Part shown: positions 46,701 through 54,674 of the stretch, piece after piece | Numbering within the stretch: position 1 is the first letter of the stretch | Layout: every line of letters begins with the position of its first letter | Virus record (IMG/VR): IMGVR_UViG_3300030202_002001 | Coordinates: 1-64,000 of that record | DNA: 64,000 nucleotides | Strand: one strand, 5' to 3' | Origin: a virus | The notes under the pieces: model-generated | Seen by the model: only the letters and a program-made list of their open reading frames with translations | What the model was told of the DNA's origin: nothing | Database searches by the model: none | Position numbers and translations under genes: made by a program

Positions 46701-47516
46701 CTCACTGGTATTGCTGTTACAAACGCAGTATTCACTGGCATTGCATCCTTTAAAGATAATGCCAAACTGCACTTCGGTGATGATGATGACCTCTCCATTT
46801 ACCACGATGAGAATAATTCATACATCGATGATTCTGGAACTGGCACCCTTGCAATCCGTTCTAATCAGGTAGAACTTCAGAAGTACACTGGCGAAACTCT
46901 TGCCAACTTTACTGCTGATGGTGCTGTTACTCTATTCTATAACAACGGCATTAAGTTCGAGACATTAGCAATTGGTGCTAGTATTCGTGGCGTAACTCAG
47001 ACTGGAACAATCGATGTTGCTACTAATGCAAACATCCATTCCACTCTGACTGTAGATCAAGGAACAATTCTTACAGGAATTGTAACTAGTTCTGCTGGTA
47101 TTGAAGCAATCAACATTAATGTCTCTGGCATTCTCACCACTAACAACTTTAGAGTTACTGGTGTAACAACGATCTCCGATGTCACGATTGGCGCTGGCTC
47201 TTCCTCAACCAAAATAAATACCAATACTGGAGAACTTGTTCTTGATTCTGCTGCTGGTCAGGTAACTGTCCAAGACAATCTGAGCATAATCGGTTACGGA
47301 ACATTCCGTGACGGTCTATATTACAGATCGGATCAAGGCGGAATCAATGGTATTGGATATAGCGGACCTAACGGTGTTGCATTCTTTGAAGCAGATGGAA
47401 GACTGGTTAGCGGTCTTAGCACTGTAGGATTCTTAACAACCTCCAATTACATGCTAACCACAGATGAGAACAACATTCCAATTTGGTCTAACAGTGTTGA
47501 TGGAGGAACATTCTGA
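40749..47516 (+). CDS. Long fibre protein with beta-repeats, a beta-helix-like segment and a LamG/ConA domain
   Basis: N-terminal LKR...GEL; N.AIG repeats; Thr/Ile-rich 25-30 aa repeats; DFTIEFW...WKHYAL.R...LFVDG...GWIDDFRI (LamG); C-terminal VDGGTF. Confidence 0.85.
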   Translation: MSATILLKRTLGTSPPNIAPVGTGVSFGELVYAYDTSDVGAGKSYKKLYIGSPSGPGFAPIPIGGEYYTSLFNDNPSDYGKPQASKVLILDDQAKVASWFVVDDFYTAGVGTVAGNFTVGGNLNVTGDLVYDEANARNWNVTGIATAATLDVGAAGFSTLGVTDFRAVTGVVTTLSGTSADYYEVNVGHALTANNVEVTGVSSFSNITFSNDIIRVGRDAAVGLSSADSSIFIGDFAGAGIGQTVLNRRNIAIGASAMQYAGILSSSDELESNIVMGNFAGYRLQGTKNLMIGDKVGFALSSSGNDENIALGNQSMYGETFPVVDGVTLSVTVGEQTAVANYDQTEDVTETSGSGVGLLVRLQTGNTGLITNIEIMAPGDGYEVGDTFTMPFGFQTLTGSVTSKNGRFLGGGTGTRQQQRNIAIGPYTLFSVDGSKNIAIGYSAGNDTLGSGNVIIGYERNVAIGDSDNQLVIGNQNINWIDGNQLGYVGIGTTRPFGLLDVGGVVIVDKGTGNTVIAGVTSVPQIDANDIGVEDIKVTAGLATDFAITNAKIQSGIITDTVGTAATITNVDFVNADIEDVKITVGLATDFAVTNLRSQVAIATNAYIDVGVVTSLVGTYATITTFDSNEGDINTLKTVAGVVTSLTGFGVTYNTADFENLDAFDAKITTGIITSLVGTYVTFQDADFQKDVRVGGALTVVGDLTVNGTTSFVQSSVVQITDKNIELGFSSTGGHADATADNGGIIVKGTTDKEFLYDQAREAWESNLKFTPSADGTLDIGTTDREWKDIYIDGTAHLDAADILDAKITAGIITSQVGTYATIGTVDIETLDAKDVNITGLAVTDIVGTAATITTIDATEGDIVNAKITAGIITSLVGTAATIGDVNITGDLRVGGATTFTGNVTFNGGTIGLGDSTTDNIVFTGEVDSDIVPDDDDTFDLGSAAKEWKDIYIDGVARVDDLIVDSTVGTYATITTADIDVLDARQTNITGLAVTDIVGTAATITTIDATEGDIVNAKITAGVVTSLVGTYATITTVDIETLDAKQTNITGLAVTDIVGTAATITTVDFEVADILNATVSVGIATSAFVQAGFITSLYDSTGVVGLNTQHMLSTNPDGTITWREPAQIGIATINAKLDTWFVSTNGVDDDDASRGRTAERPYRTVAYALSRISQVGPNDVLNISAGVYEEVFPLTVPAGLTVKGAGLRATKIVPTTATKQKDCFLMNDRSVVEDITIGDMFFDTAGNQGYAFKFAPGIAITSRSPYVQRVTVFNKGSNTTAADPYGYGSADSAPSSYIAGGGAYIDGSEVASGSLEAAFLFNEVTFIVPNSKGLIMTNGARTEYLNCFSYFAAEAIKGTSGSLGISSAGETRLRLTGITTVGVGNTITVFDTDGTTGVATAIVASYDGTYIGVTGKQTGFELLNARTAKAVTFNDGAQLDTTVKKFGSASLALDGTNDSISVPSSGDIGFGTNIDFTIEFWAYANTTGLTSATLFDLRDNGTDAEGISVAFRAAGEVDMRVGTTTAITGSGAGIATGVWKHYALARDGTNTRLFVDGTQRGIKTSDTTDYGASKGIVIGADFDGASQNVTGWIDDFRIERGVAKYTANFTAPTAAHTGDKDTVLLLDFDGASGVTTTTDNVIRNQDIRITQAGGGIGTATKVILADYSEFGADMRSVGCAVEYGQKGVIADGDGVSLRMFALNFNHVGSGGDFTNDPNLAIQANEVTELNNGDVSFVSIDQRGDFRVGDAFFVDQENGTVSFSQQVTSLQALSSLQITDGTNSSTVTPTSGTFGNIQISGNNIESTSGDINIDPAGAGDINITGDVNVLGILTATTIQLDSFQKNDTSIALDDSGANGTIRFNTDNVEGMRLDANQKLGIGTAAPRQRLDVLDTAKFERLDVTGVSTFAERVDFNLSIDAVDAKITAGVVTSLVGTFATITTFDTETLDAKDVNITGLAVTDIVGTAATITTIDAEALDAFDAKLTGIAVTNAVFTGIASFKDNAKLHFGDDDDLSIYHDENNSYIDDSGTGTLAIRSNQVELQKYTGETLANFTADGAVTLFYNNGIKFETLAIGASIRGVTQTGTIDVATNANIHSTLTVDQGTILTGIVTSSAGIEAININVSGILTTNNFRVTGVTTISDVTIGAGSSSTKINTNTGELVLDSAAGQVTVQDNLSIIGYGTFRDGLYYRSDQGGINGIGYSGPNGVAFFEADGRLVSGLSTVGFLTTSNYMLTTDENNIPIWSNSVDGGTF
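42330..44040 (+). repeat. Imperfect intragenic repeats in the fibre gene
   Basis: Recurring units AKITAG(I/V)(I/V)TSLVGTYATITT and NITGLAVTDIVGTAATITTID; another copy at about 46510-46720. Confidence 0.8.
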
Positions 47517-48337
47517 TGGCAAAACCAACAACTAGACAGGAACTCAAGGATTATGCCCTAAGGCAACTTGGGTATCCTGTCTTAGAGATCAATGTAGCTG
47601 ATGAGCAAGTAGACGATCATTTAGATGATGCCCTTCAATTATTTTATGAGCGTCATTTTGATGGCGTAGAAAGAGTTCTTCTTAAGTACAAAATCTCCGA
47701 AGATGACATCAAACGAGGCAGAGCAAGAGGCGCAAGCAACACTCTTGGTATTACTACTTCTACTACAACATCTGGAGACTTTGAAGAAAATTCAAATTTC
47801 TTAAATTTACCCGATGCAGTTATTGGTGTTGAGAAACTTTATCTTTTTGATTCTAGTTTCATTGCCAACAACATGTTCAGTTTCAAATATCAATTGTTTT
47901 TGAATGATGTTGCATTTAATCTTGGATATAGTGGCCTTCTCAGTTATGCGATGACGAAAACATATATTGAAGATATTGATTTCTTACTATCTACAAACAA
48001 ACAGATCAGATATAACAAAAGAAATAATCGACTTTACTTAGATGTAGATTGGGGTGCTATTTCTGCAGGAACCTACATAATTATTGACTGCCAAAGAATC
48101 ATGGATCCTGCAAATTATGCTGGCGTCTATAACGATTCTTTCCTCAAAAAATATTTCACATATCTCGTTAAGAGACAGTGGGGTCAAAATCTTATAAAAT
48201 TCCAAGGAGTCAAACTTCCTGGAGGTGTTGAATTAAATGGTAGACAAATTTATGAGGATGCTGTAATGGAACTACAACGCATCGAAGATAAGATGCTTTC
48301 CACATATGAAGTCCCACCTCTTGATCTTATTGGGTAA
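47516..48337 (+). CDS. gp13: Neck protein gp13
   Basis: P.TR.ELK.YALR.LG.PVLEINV..EQ; KRQWGQNLIKF.GVKLPGG. Confidence 0.92.
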   Translation: MAKPTTRQELKDYALRQLGYPVLEINVADEQVDDHLDDALQLFYERHFDGVERVLLKYKISEDDIKRGRARGASNTLGITTSTTTSGDFEENSNFLNLPDAVIGVEKLYLFDSSFIANNMFSFKYQLFLNDVAFNLGYSGLLSYAMTKTYIEDIDFLLSTNKQIRYNKRNNRLYLDVDWGAISAGTYIIIDCQRIMDPANYAGVYNDSFLKKYFTYLVKRQWGQNLIKFQGVKLPGGVELNGRQIYEDAVMELQRIEDKMLSTYEVPPLDLIG

Positions 48338-49767
48338 TGGCGTTAAATCCTTTCTTTCTTCAAGGATCTCCTAATGAGCAAAATCTCATTCAGGAGATCA
48401 TAGACGAACACCTAAAAATGTTCGGTCTTGATTGCTATTATATTCCTAGAAAGATGATTGTCACCGATGATGTTCTCGGTGAGGTGCAGTCATCCAAATT
48501 TAATGATGCATATATTTTAGAAGCATATCTCAATAACTACGAGGGATATGCTAAAGGTAGCGATATCATGACTAAGTTTGGTATCAATCTTCAAAATGAA
48601 ATTACTCTAACTATTTCTAGGGAAAGATACGAAGACTTTATCGCTCCATTTGTAGTTACCCATAATGCAAAAAACGCTGGAAATGATATTGTTTTTGGTG
48701 AAAGACCTAAAGAAGGAGATTTAATCTACTTCCCGCTCGGTGAAAGATTATTTGAAATCAAACATGTAGAGTTTGAGAATCCATTCTATCAACTTGGTAA
48801 GAATTATATCTACGAACTTAACTGTGAACTATTCCGTTATGAAGACGAATACATCGATACTGGCGTATCCACTATTGATGAGAGAGGAATGGAAGAGGGT
48901 GAGACAACCACTGTTATTCTTGCTGGTATTGGTTCTACTGCAACTGCAATTGTTGACTCCTTCGCTAGCCAAGGTGCATTAGGACAAATTTTCCTTAACG
49001 ATGATGGATATGGTTATACTAGTGCGCCGACCGTCACTATCGCACCTTCTCCTGCTGGTGTTACTTCATCTAGGGCAGGTGCGTTCGCGTTTACAACAGA
49101 AAGATCAGGTTTGTATTCTGTCGAACAAGTAGTCCTACAAAACCCTGGATTTGCATACACAGAATCACCAGCGTTCACATTTGGCGGTCCTGGTGTAGGT
49201 GCCGCGGCCACAGCATCACTTACAAATAGTGGTATTACTTCTATTCGTATTACTGATCTTGGGACAAATTATGTATCTCCTCCCATCATTACTATTCAAC
49301 ACCCCTCGGATGTTGGCATTGGTACATCAGGCGCTACGGTCGGTGTAAAAGCGGGTCAAGTACAAGCAACTGCAATTTCTATTCTTGATGGGGATAGTAT
49401 TAGTAGAATATTCTTGACTAACGCTGGATCTGGATATGAGGGTGTACCAGAAATTAGTATTGGCGACCCATTATCGCTTGGTGTGGGAACATATTTCTTC
49501 AATGAAAGGGTGGTTGGATCGCAATCTGGAGTAGAAGGATATGTGAGATCATTCAATACAACTGATAGAAAACTAGAAGTTTCAATAAATACTGGTAAAT
49601 TCTTCCCTGGTGAATTTATTACTGGAACGGCATCTTCTGCAAGATATCAAATATTAAGTCATAGTGGAATTGATACTACTACCAATTTTACATTCAATGA
49701 TGAGTTTGAGACTGAGGCAGATTCAATTCTAGATTTCACTGAAATTAATCCGTTTGGTACTTTCTGA
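48337..49767 (+). CDS. gp14: Neck protein gp14 with inserted repeat domains
   Basis: EQ.L......E.L..FG...YYIPR, RPKEGDLIYFP, PFYQLGK; ends in DFTE.NPFG. Confidence 0.9.
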   Translation: MALNPFFLQGSPNEQNLIQEIIDEHLKMFGLDCYYIPRKMIVTDDVLGEVQSSKFNDAYILEAYLNNYEGYAKGSDIMTKFGINLQNEITLTISRERYEDFIAPFVVTHNAKNAGNDIVFGERPKEGDLIYFPLGERLFEIKHVEFENPFYQLGKNYIYELNCELFRYEDEYIDTGVSTIDERGMEEGETTTVILAGIGSTATAIVDSFASQGALGQIFLNDDGYGYTSAPTVTIAPSPAGVTSSRAGAFAFTTERSGLYSVEQVVLQNPGFAYTESPAFTFGGPGVGAAATASLTNSGITSIRITDLGTNYVSPPIITIQHPSDVGIGTSGATVGVKAGQVQATAISILDGDSISRIFLTNAGSGYEGVPEISIGDPLSLGVGTYFFNERVVGSQSGVEGYVRSFNTTDRKLEVSINTGKFFPGEFITGTASSARYQILSHSGIDTTTNFTFNDEFETEADSILDFTEINPFGTF

Positions 49768-50567
49768 TGTTAGGCACTTATTTTTATCACGAGATTTTAC
49801 GAAAGACTGTTATTGCTTTCGGAACTCTATTTAACGAAGTCCACATCCAAAAAGAGGATAAAAGTGGAAATACAATCAGTGATCTGAAAGTTCCTTTAGC
49901 GTATGGTCCTAGATCAAAGTTTCTTGCAAAACTTGAACAGCAGCAAGAACTTGCAAAGGCAACTGCAATCACTCTTCCTAGAATGTCATTTGAGATGAAT
50001 AGTCTCTCATATGATCCTACTAGGAAAACTTCAGTAACTAAAACATTTAAAGCCGTTGATAATAAAGATAGAGTAAAGAAAGTATTCCTCCCAGTTCCAT
50101 ACAATGTTGGGTTTGAACTTAACATAATGACTAAGTTGAATGATGATGCTCTACAAATTGTTGAACAAATTTTACCATTTTTTCAACCATCTTTTAATGT
50201 TACTGTAGATTTAATAAACTCTATTGGTGAGAAAAGAGATATTCCAATTGTATTAGAGAATCTTACATTCACAGATGAGTATGAGGGTGATTTTTCTACA
50301 AGAAGAGTTCTCACATATACTTTGAATTTTAGTGCAAAAACATATCTATTCGGTCCTATTGCCGAGAGTACAGATGGACTTATCAGAAAAGTACAAGTGG
50401 ACTACTACTCTGATACTGATAGACAGACTGCTAAGAGGGAAATGAGGTACACTGCTGAACCAGATCCAATCACAGCAGAACCAGGTGATGACTTTGGATT
50501 CAGTGAAACTAATACATTCTTTGATGATGGTAAAGTCTACAGTCCTACTAGGCAGGAGGATGTATGA
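49767..50567 (+). CDS. gp15: Tail sheath stabiliser/terminator gp15
   Basis: YFYHE..RK....FG.LFN, VPLAYGP..KFL, LPRMSFE, QIVEQILPFFQP. Confidence 0.92.
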   Translation: MLGTYFYHEILRKTVIAFGTLFNEVHIQKEDKSGNTISDLKVPLAYGPRSKFLAKLEQQQELAKATAITLPRMSFEMNSLSYDPTRKTSVTKTFKAVDNKDRVKKVFLPVPYNVGFELNIMTKLNDDALQIVEQILPFFQPSFNVTVDLINSIGEKRDIPIVLENLTFTDEYEGDFSTRRVLTYTLNFSAKTYLFGPIAESTDGLIRKVQVDYYSDTDRQTAKREMRYTAEPDPITAEPGDDFGFSETNTFFDDGKVYSPTRQEDV

Positions 50568-50971
50568 ATGACTTTACTAAAATCGATGAGTCTTTAAATA
50601 CGACTAGTGAACCCATCGATGTTACTCCCATAAAAAAAGAAAAACCAGATCGTCTTACTAAAGATGATATTACTAAAGATTACGAGTACACTAGGTCAAA
50701 TCTATATTCTTTAATTGAGAAGGGACAAGAAGTATTGAACGGTATTATGGAACTTGCTGAGGAGACATCATCTCCTAGGGCATATGAAGTTGCTGGTCAA
50801 TTACTAAAGAATGTCGCTGACAACACAGACAAATTAATGAAACTCCAAAAAGACAAGAAGGAAGTAAATGAAGAAGTTAAAGGTCCAACTAGTGTGACAA
50901 ACAATGCTATGTTTGTTGGTAGCACTGCAGAGTTACAAAAGATGTTGAAAGAAATGAATAAAAAGTCATGA
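50564..50971 (+). CDS. gp16: Terminase small subunit gp16
   Basis: DYEYTR.NLY.LI.KG, PRAYEV...L, NNA.FVGST.ELQ. Confidence 0.9.
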   Translation: MNDFTKIDESLNTTSEPIDVTPIKKEKPDRLTKDDITKDYEYTRSNLYSLIEKGQEVLNGIMELAEETSSPRAYEVAGQLLKNVADNTDKLMKLQKDKKEVNEEVKGPTSVTNNAMFVGSTAELQKMLKEMNKKS

Positions 50972-51186
50972 ATGGCTTAGACCCAGATGAGTGGTATTGT
51001 AGTGTAAATATGGGGATAGATGAAGTAAGAGCAATGTATTCTCATCTAGTATATTCTTTACAGATGTGGCCAGGTTCTCCTGCAAGACCAGCAGAGGAGC
51101 AGGAATTTTTAATAGCGATGAAAGAGAAGTATTTTGCTATGTTGATGGAATATAACTTCTCCGAAAACGATCCTATCGATAAATAA
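50968..51186 (+). CDS. Hypothetical protein
   Basis: WPGSPARP.EEQE.L pattern. Confidence 0.7.
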   Translation: MNGLDPDEWYCSVNMGIDEVRAMYSHLVYSLQMWPGSPARPAEEQEFLIAMKEKYFAMLMEYNFSENDPIDK

Positions 51187-51206
51187 AAATGCCTCATTAA
51201 TTAAAT

Positions 51207-51635
51207 ATGCCAGAAGAAGTCAAGAAGGAAGAACCTAAAAAGAAAAGTCTTCTGGGTAAAATCAAGGAAGCAGCAGATGACAAGGAAGAACAGCTTGCAA
51301 TTCTCTCTACTTTTGTCCGCCTTGGTATTCTTGTCTGGTCTGGGGGAATACTCACGCTGGCGTATATCAAACTTCCACCAGCACTCGGTATTCCAGAACA
51401 AAAACTAGATCCGACTTTCATAGCCAGTGTTTTTACTGGGGTTTTAGCTACTTTTGGTGTCCAGGCAGCAAAGGGTAAAGGAGAAGGTGGAGGTAATGGT
51501 GGTGGTATCACCAAAGAACAGATGGAAAGACTGATCGAGAAGGCAGCACAAACTGCGCCATCACAGACCATTCGTTTTGAGCAGGGACCAATCAAAATTA
51601 CTACTTCGGAATCGGACGAAAAATTTAAGATGTAG
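51207..51635 (+). CDS. Two-TM membrane protein
   Basis: Two hydrophobic helices, DPTFIASVFTGVLATFGV; GATAAATA late promoter at 51178. Confidence 0.75.
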   Translation: MPEEVKKEEPKKKSLLGKIKEAADDKEEQLAILSTFVRLGILVWSGGILTLAYIKLPPALGIPEQKLDPTFIASVFTGVLATFGVQAAKGKGEGGGNGGGITKEQMERLIEKAAQTAPSQTIRFEQGPIKITTSESDEKFKM

Positions 51636-51680
51636 AGGGAGTATTACTAAATAGTAGGCAGGAAGTTGCTTACTATAAGC

Positions 51681-52382
51681 ATGTCTATCAAATATTCTGA
51701 AATCTCTGCTTTTTTAACAGAGGCGAAAAAAAAGAAACCTCTAACTACAGGCGATTGTGATGCACCTGGGGTAGACGATTCTGTCGCAAAAATTACTGAA
51801 GAGACAGACATGAGGTACTGTCCTAAGTGTGAGAAGATGGAAGTTAGGGAAGAATGTTCTTATGGTCCCGATTATTGGGATTCATTTGCTATTAAGAATG
51901 TCTCTCAGAAAGTAGAAGAGGGCATTGTTAATGAATTTGTTGGTGGCAAACCTGGGGACGGATATATTGGTCACCCCAATCTAGATATTAAAAATCCACT
52001 TGCTAGGAAACAGGTTAAAGGTCCCACTGGTAATAAAGGACTTGCTGGAAAACTTGGTGATAGAAAGATGAGGATGGATTCCATGATGAAGCAGCTCAAT
52101 CAATCTTTTGATCCTGAAGGTGAGACTATTGAAGAGAAGTCTGCTGCATGGCAACGCAGTTCTGGTAAGAACAAAGAAGGTGGACTTAACGAGAAAGGTC
52201 GTAAGTCTTATGAGCGGGCGAATCCTGGTAGCGACTTAAAGGCACCTCAACCTGAAGGTGGTTCTAGAAAGAAATCATTCTGTGCCAGAATGGGCGGAAT
52301 GAAGAAAAAACTTACAAGTTCCAAGACAGCTAATGATCCTGATAGCAGGATCAATAAGGCTTTACGCAAGTGGAAATGCTGA
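51681..52382 (+). CDS. Hypothetical protein (DUF6321-like C-terminus); candidate internal head protein
   Basis: AAWQR..GKN..GGLN.KGR.SY...GSDLKAP...R.KSFCARM...ALRKWKC; ACTAAATA at 51646. Confidence 0.75.
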   Translation: MSIKYSEISAFLTEAKKKKPLTTGDCDAPGVDDSVAKITEETDMRYCPKCEKMEVREECSYGPDYWDSFAIKNVSQKVEEGIVNEFVGGKPGDGYIGHPNLDIKNPLARKQVKGPTGNKGLAGKLGDRKMRMDSMMKQLNQSFDPEGETIEEKSAAWQRSSGKNKEGGLNEKGRKSYERANPGSDLKAPQPEGGSRKKSFCARMGGMKKKLTSSKTANDPDSRINKALRKWKC

Positions 52383-52534
52383 TGAAAACTTTTAAAGATT
52401 TTTGCCTAGAGGCTAAGAAAGAAAAAAAGAAATATCATTTGAAATTTGCTCCTATAGATATGAATTATAGGAAATATAATATGCCGACAGCGCCTCGTGG
52501 AGATTACAAACCACCTAAGACTGTGGATGTGTAG
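52382..52534 (+). CDS. Small basic protein with a T4 capsid-targeting-like N-terminus (50 aa)
   Basis: Read manually: MKTFKDFCLE-AKKEKKK... Confidence 0.6.
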   Translation: MKTFKDFCLEAKKEKKKYHLKFAPIDMNYRKYNMPTAPRGDYKPPKTVDV

Positions 52535-52561
52535 ACAGATACCTCTAAATAGACCTATAAT
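52532..52561 (+). promoter_or_regulatory. Sigma70-type promoter with an embedded late-promoter core
   Basis: TAGACA-18 nt-TATAAT, with CTAAATA (52545-52551) in the spacer. Confidence 0.55.
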
Positions 52562-52588
52562 GTATCTGTAGGATAACCTATAGGAGTA

Positions 52589-52900
52589 ATGATGTCTGAC
52601 AAAGAATTTTCAGATTTTAAATTAGAGCGTAAAGAGTGTGAAAAGTGTGGAGCAACCTGGATCAATGGGACTCATATCTGGCGTGGCACTGGCGGTTCAT
52701 CTAATACTAGTGAGCTTGACCTTGCTGGTCTTGTTTGTAATAAACTAGGTGATGAGAAATGTATTAATCCCAAGAAGGGACAAGACGGAGGTCAGACTTG
52801 GGAGTATAGGATGGGATACATTGACGGAGTAATGAAGGAGAAAAAAGAGTCAATGGAGAGAATGAGAGACTTAGGAAATGATATGGGATTTGAGTTCTGA
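52589..52900 (+). CDS. Conserved cyanophage hypothetical protein
   Basis: C.KCGA.WING.H.W...DLAGLVCN......CINP.KG..GG.TW. Confidence 0.8.
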   Translation: MMSDKEFSDFKLERKECEKCGATWINGTHIWRGTGGSSNTSELDLAGLVCNKLGDEKCINPKKGQDGGQTWEYRMGYIDGVMKEKKESMERMRDLGNDMGFEF

Positions 52901-52964
52901 AACGCTGATATTTTCCTAGTGAAAGTATAAAAAGAGTGCTAGATAGTATAGTTGCAAACACTCA

Positions 52965-53288
52965 ATGAAGTTATTTTTTGCACTACTAGCTACACTCTTT
53001 TTTGCTGCGCCTGTATGGGCAGTAGATGTGACTATGGGATCCAATGGAAACCTAGTATTTGAACCAAACGAAATTACAATTAAAGCAGGAGAAACCATCC
53101 ACTTCGTAAATGGTATGCTCCCACCACACAATATTATTGTTGAGGGTCGAGCAGACCTTTCCAGAGAATCTTTAATGTTTAGTCCTGGTGAATTACAAGA
53201 TATCAAATTTGCCGATGCTGGAGACTACGATTTTTTCTGTGGTCCTCATCAGGGAGCAGGTATGGTTGGCACAATTCATGTAGACTAA
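52965..53288 (+). CDS. petE: Plastocyanin
   Basis: Signal peptide, LVFEP, PHN and CGPHQGAGM give the copper ligands H, C, H, M. Confidence 0.95.
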   Translation: MKLFFALLATLFFAAPVWAVDVTMGSNGNLVFEPNEITIKAGETIHFVNGMLPPHNIIVEGRADLSRESLMFSPGELQDIKFADAGDYDFFCGPHQGAGMVGTIHVD

Positions 53289-53292
53289 TAAA

Positions 53293-53583
53293 ATGTATTC
53301 AATTTTAATCAAGAAAGCAGACGGCACCGAAACCTCTTTCGATTGCCCAGATGATGTTTATATTCTTGATGAGGCTGAGGATCAGGGTATTGATTTACCA
53401 TACTCTTGTCGCGCTGGTGCATGCTCCTCATGTGCTGGTAAACTTGAGTCTGGAACCGTCAATCAAGAAGAACAATCATTTTTAGACGACGATCAGATGG
53501 CAGCAGGGTTTGCACTATTATGTGTTTCATATCCTACCTCTGATTGTGTAATCAAAGCGGAGGCAGAAGAAGAACTCTACTAG
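53293..53583 (+). CDS. petF: Plant-type [2Fe-2S] ferredoxin
   Basis: [16 protein letters not shown]...QSFLDDDQ...LLCV.YP.SDC. Confidence 0.95.
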   Translation: MYSILIKKADGTETSFDCPDDVYILDEAEDQGIDLPYSCRAGACSSCAGKLESGTVNQEEQSFLDDDQMAAGFALLCVSYPTSDCVIKAEAEEELY

Positions 53584-53608
53584 AATAGGAATGCTATGAA
53601 AATGACCA

Positions 53609-53824
53609 GTGTCACATAGAATGACTGAAATTAAACCTAGTCACTATCTGACAGAAGAAAAATGTCAGGAGATGATCGATGACGCAATTCGTAAGCACAA
53701 CCGCAATGCTGGAATTATTTCTATGTGCGTGGGTTGGGTTGTTCTCGCTCTTTTTGCTGAGGGTCTCCTCAGGCTCATAGGAGTGATTGATCCACTCTTA
53801 CCATGGTTAAAAATTACACTATAA
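53609..53824 (+). CDS. Small membrane protein
   Basis: EMIDDAIRKHNRNA.IISM..GW. Confidence 0.7.
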   Translation: MSHRMTEIKPSHYLTEEKCQEMIDDAIRKHNRNAGIISMCVGWVVLALFAEGLLRLIGVIDPLLPWLKITL

Positions 53825-53828
53825 TGTT

Positions 53829-54299
53829 ATGAAAGTAGGAATGATTGGTTTAGGTCGTACTGGTGAAGGTATGGCCCGCCGTATGCTTGCAAAGGGAATT
53901 GAAGTCTGGGGTTACAGTAGTACTAACTACGAGAATGCCTGCGGACAATATGAGGCAGGATACATCAGTGGATGTGTAACTTCACTAGAGTATCTTGTTC
54001 AAGCAGTTAAATCTGATGGACTTGTTCATACTAGTGCTGGTAAAATTCCTGGCATCTTTCAAATTACACTCCCAGAGCAAAAGGCAGAAGACACACTTGA
54101 TGAGTTGCTACCTTTACTTCAGGAGGGTGATATCATTATTGATCATAGTACCAGTGACATAGAAAAATGTCAGGAACTTGAGAAGTATTGCTCCAAGTTA
54201 GGTATCTCATACATTTTCTCTGGTACATATGGAGCAAATCATGCTATCAATGTTTGCTCTAAAATTTTCCAGAGTTTATCCCCAGGTAATGTTAAATGA
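53829..54299 (+). CDS. Truncated 6-phosphogluconate-dehydrogenase-like protein (NAD(P)-binding domain only)
   Basis: MKVGMIGLGRTGEGMARRM...GDIIID matches the Gnd N-terminus; 156 aa with no C-terminal domain. Confidence 0.75.
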   Translation: MKVGMIGLGRTGEGMARRMLAKGIEVWGYSSTNYENACGQYEAGYISGCVTSLEYLVQAVKSDGLVHTSAGKIPGIFQITLPEQKAEDTLDELLPLLQEGDIIIDHSTSDIEKCQELEKYCSKLGISYIFSGTYGANHAINVCSKIFQSLSPGNVK

Positions 54300-54496
54300 T
54301 TTTAGCTGATGTACTTATTTGGATCACTATTCCATTTGTATTGATCACCCTTTGTTTTGGTTTCATCAAAGGCGATAATGTCTATTATGAATCGGATGCC
54401 TATGATGGTAATGGGACAGCACATCCTGTCCTATTTGAAAAGACCACCTGCGAAAGGAGGGAAACCACAAATGGATCAAGAAGAAATCAAGCATAG
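54296..54496 (+). CDS. Small membrane protein
   Basis: Hydrophobic N-terminus followed by YY.SD.YDGNGTAH. Confidence 0.65.
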   Translation: MILADVLIWITIPFVLITLCFGFIKGDNVYYESDAYDGNGTAHPVLFEKTTCERRETTNGSRRNQA

Positions 54497-54674
54497 ATAT
54501 GGATTTGCGATGTGTGCATTTGCAAGAATGTACGGTGTTCCAACTGTCAATGGTTCAGAATCTGTACATAAATTTTGTAAGAGATGGGCCGAATCTGAGG
54601 AGGATACTCCATCAGGGACACTAACAGAAGTCAACTTCTACTTTAAGGACAGATGGGATGTCTGGGGAAAATAA
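54471..54674 (+). CDS. Hypothetical protein
   Basis: GGAGG SD before MDQEEIKHRYGFAM. Confidence 0.65.
   Translation: MDQEEIKHRYGFAMCAFARMYGVPTVNGSESVHKFCKRWAESEEDTPSGTLTEVNFYFKDRWDVWGK

Noticed and set aside
40749-47516. Diversity-generating retroelement acting on the fibre
   Set aside because: There is no reverse transcriptase in the window, and repeat differences are mainly synonymous, not adenine-specific.
53829-54674. Frameshifted full-length gnd
   Set aside because: The downstream ORFs I examined show no Gnd C-terminal motifs and encode unrelated small proteins.
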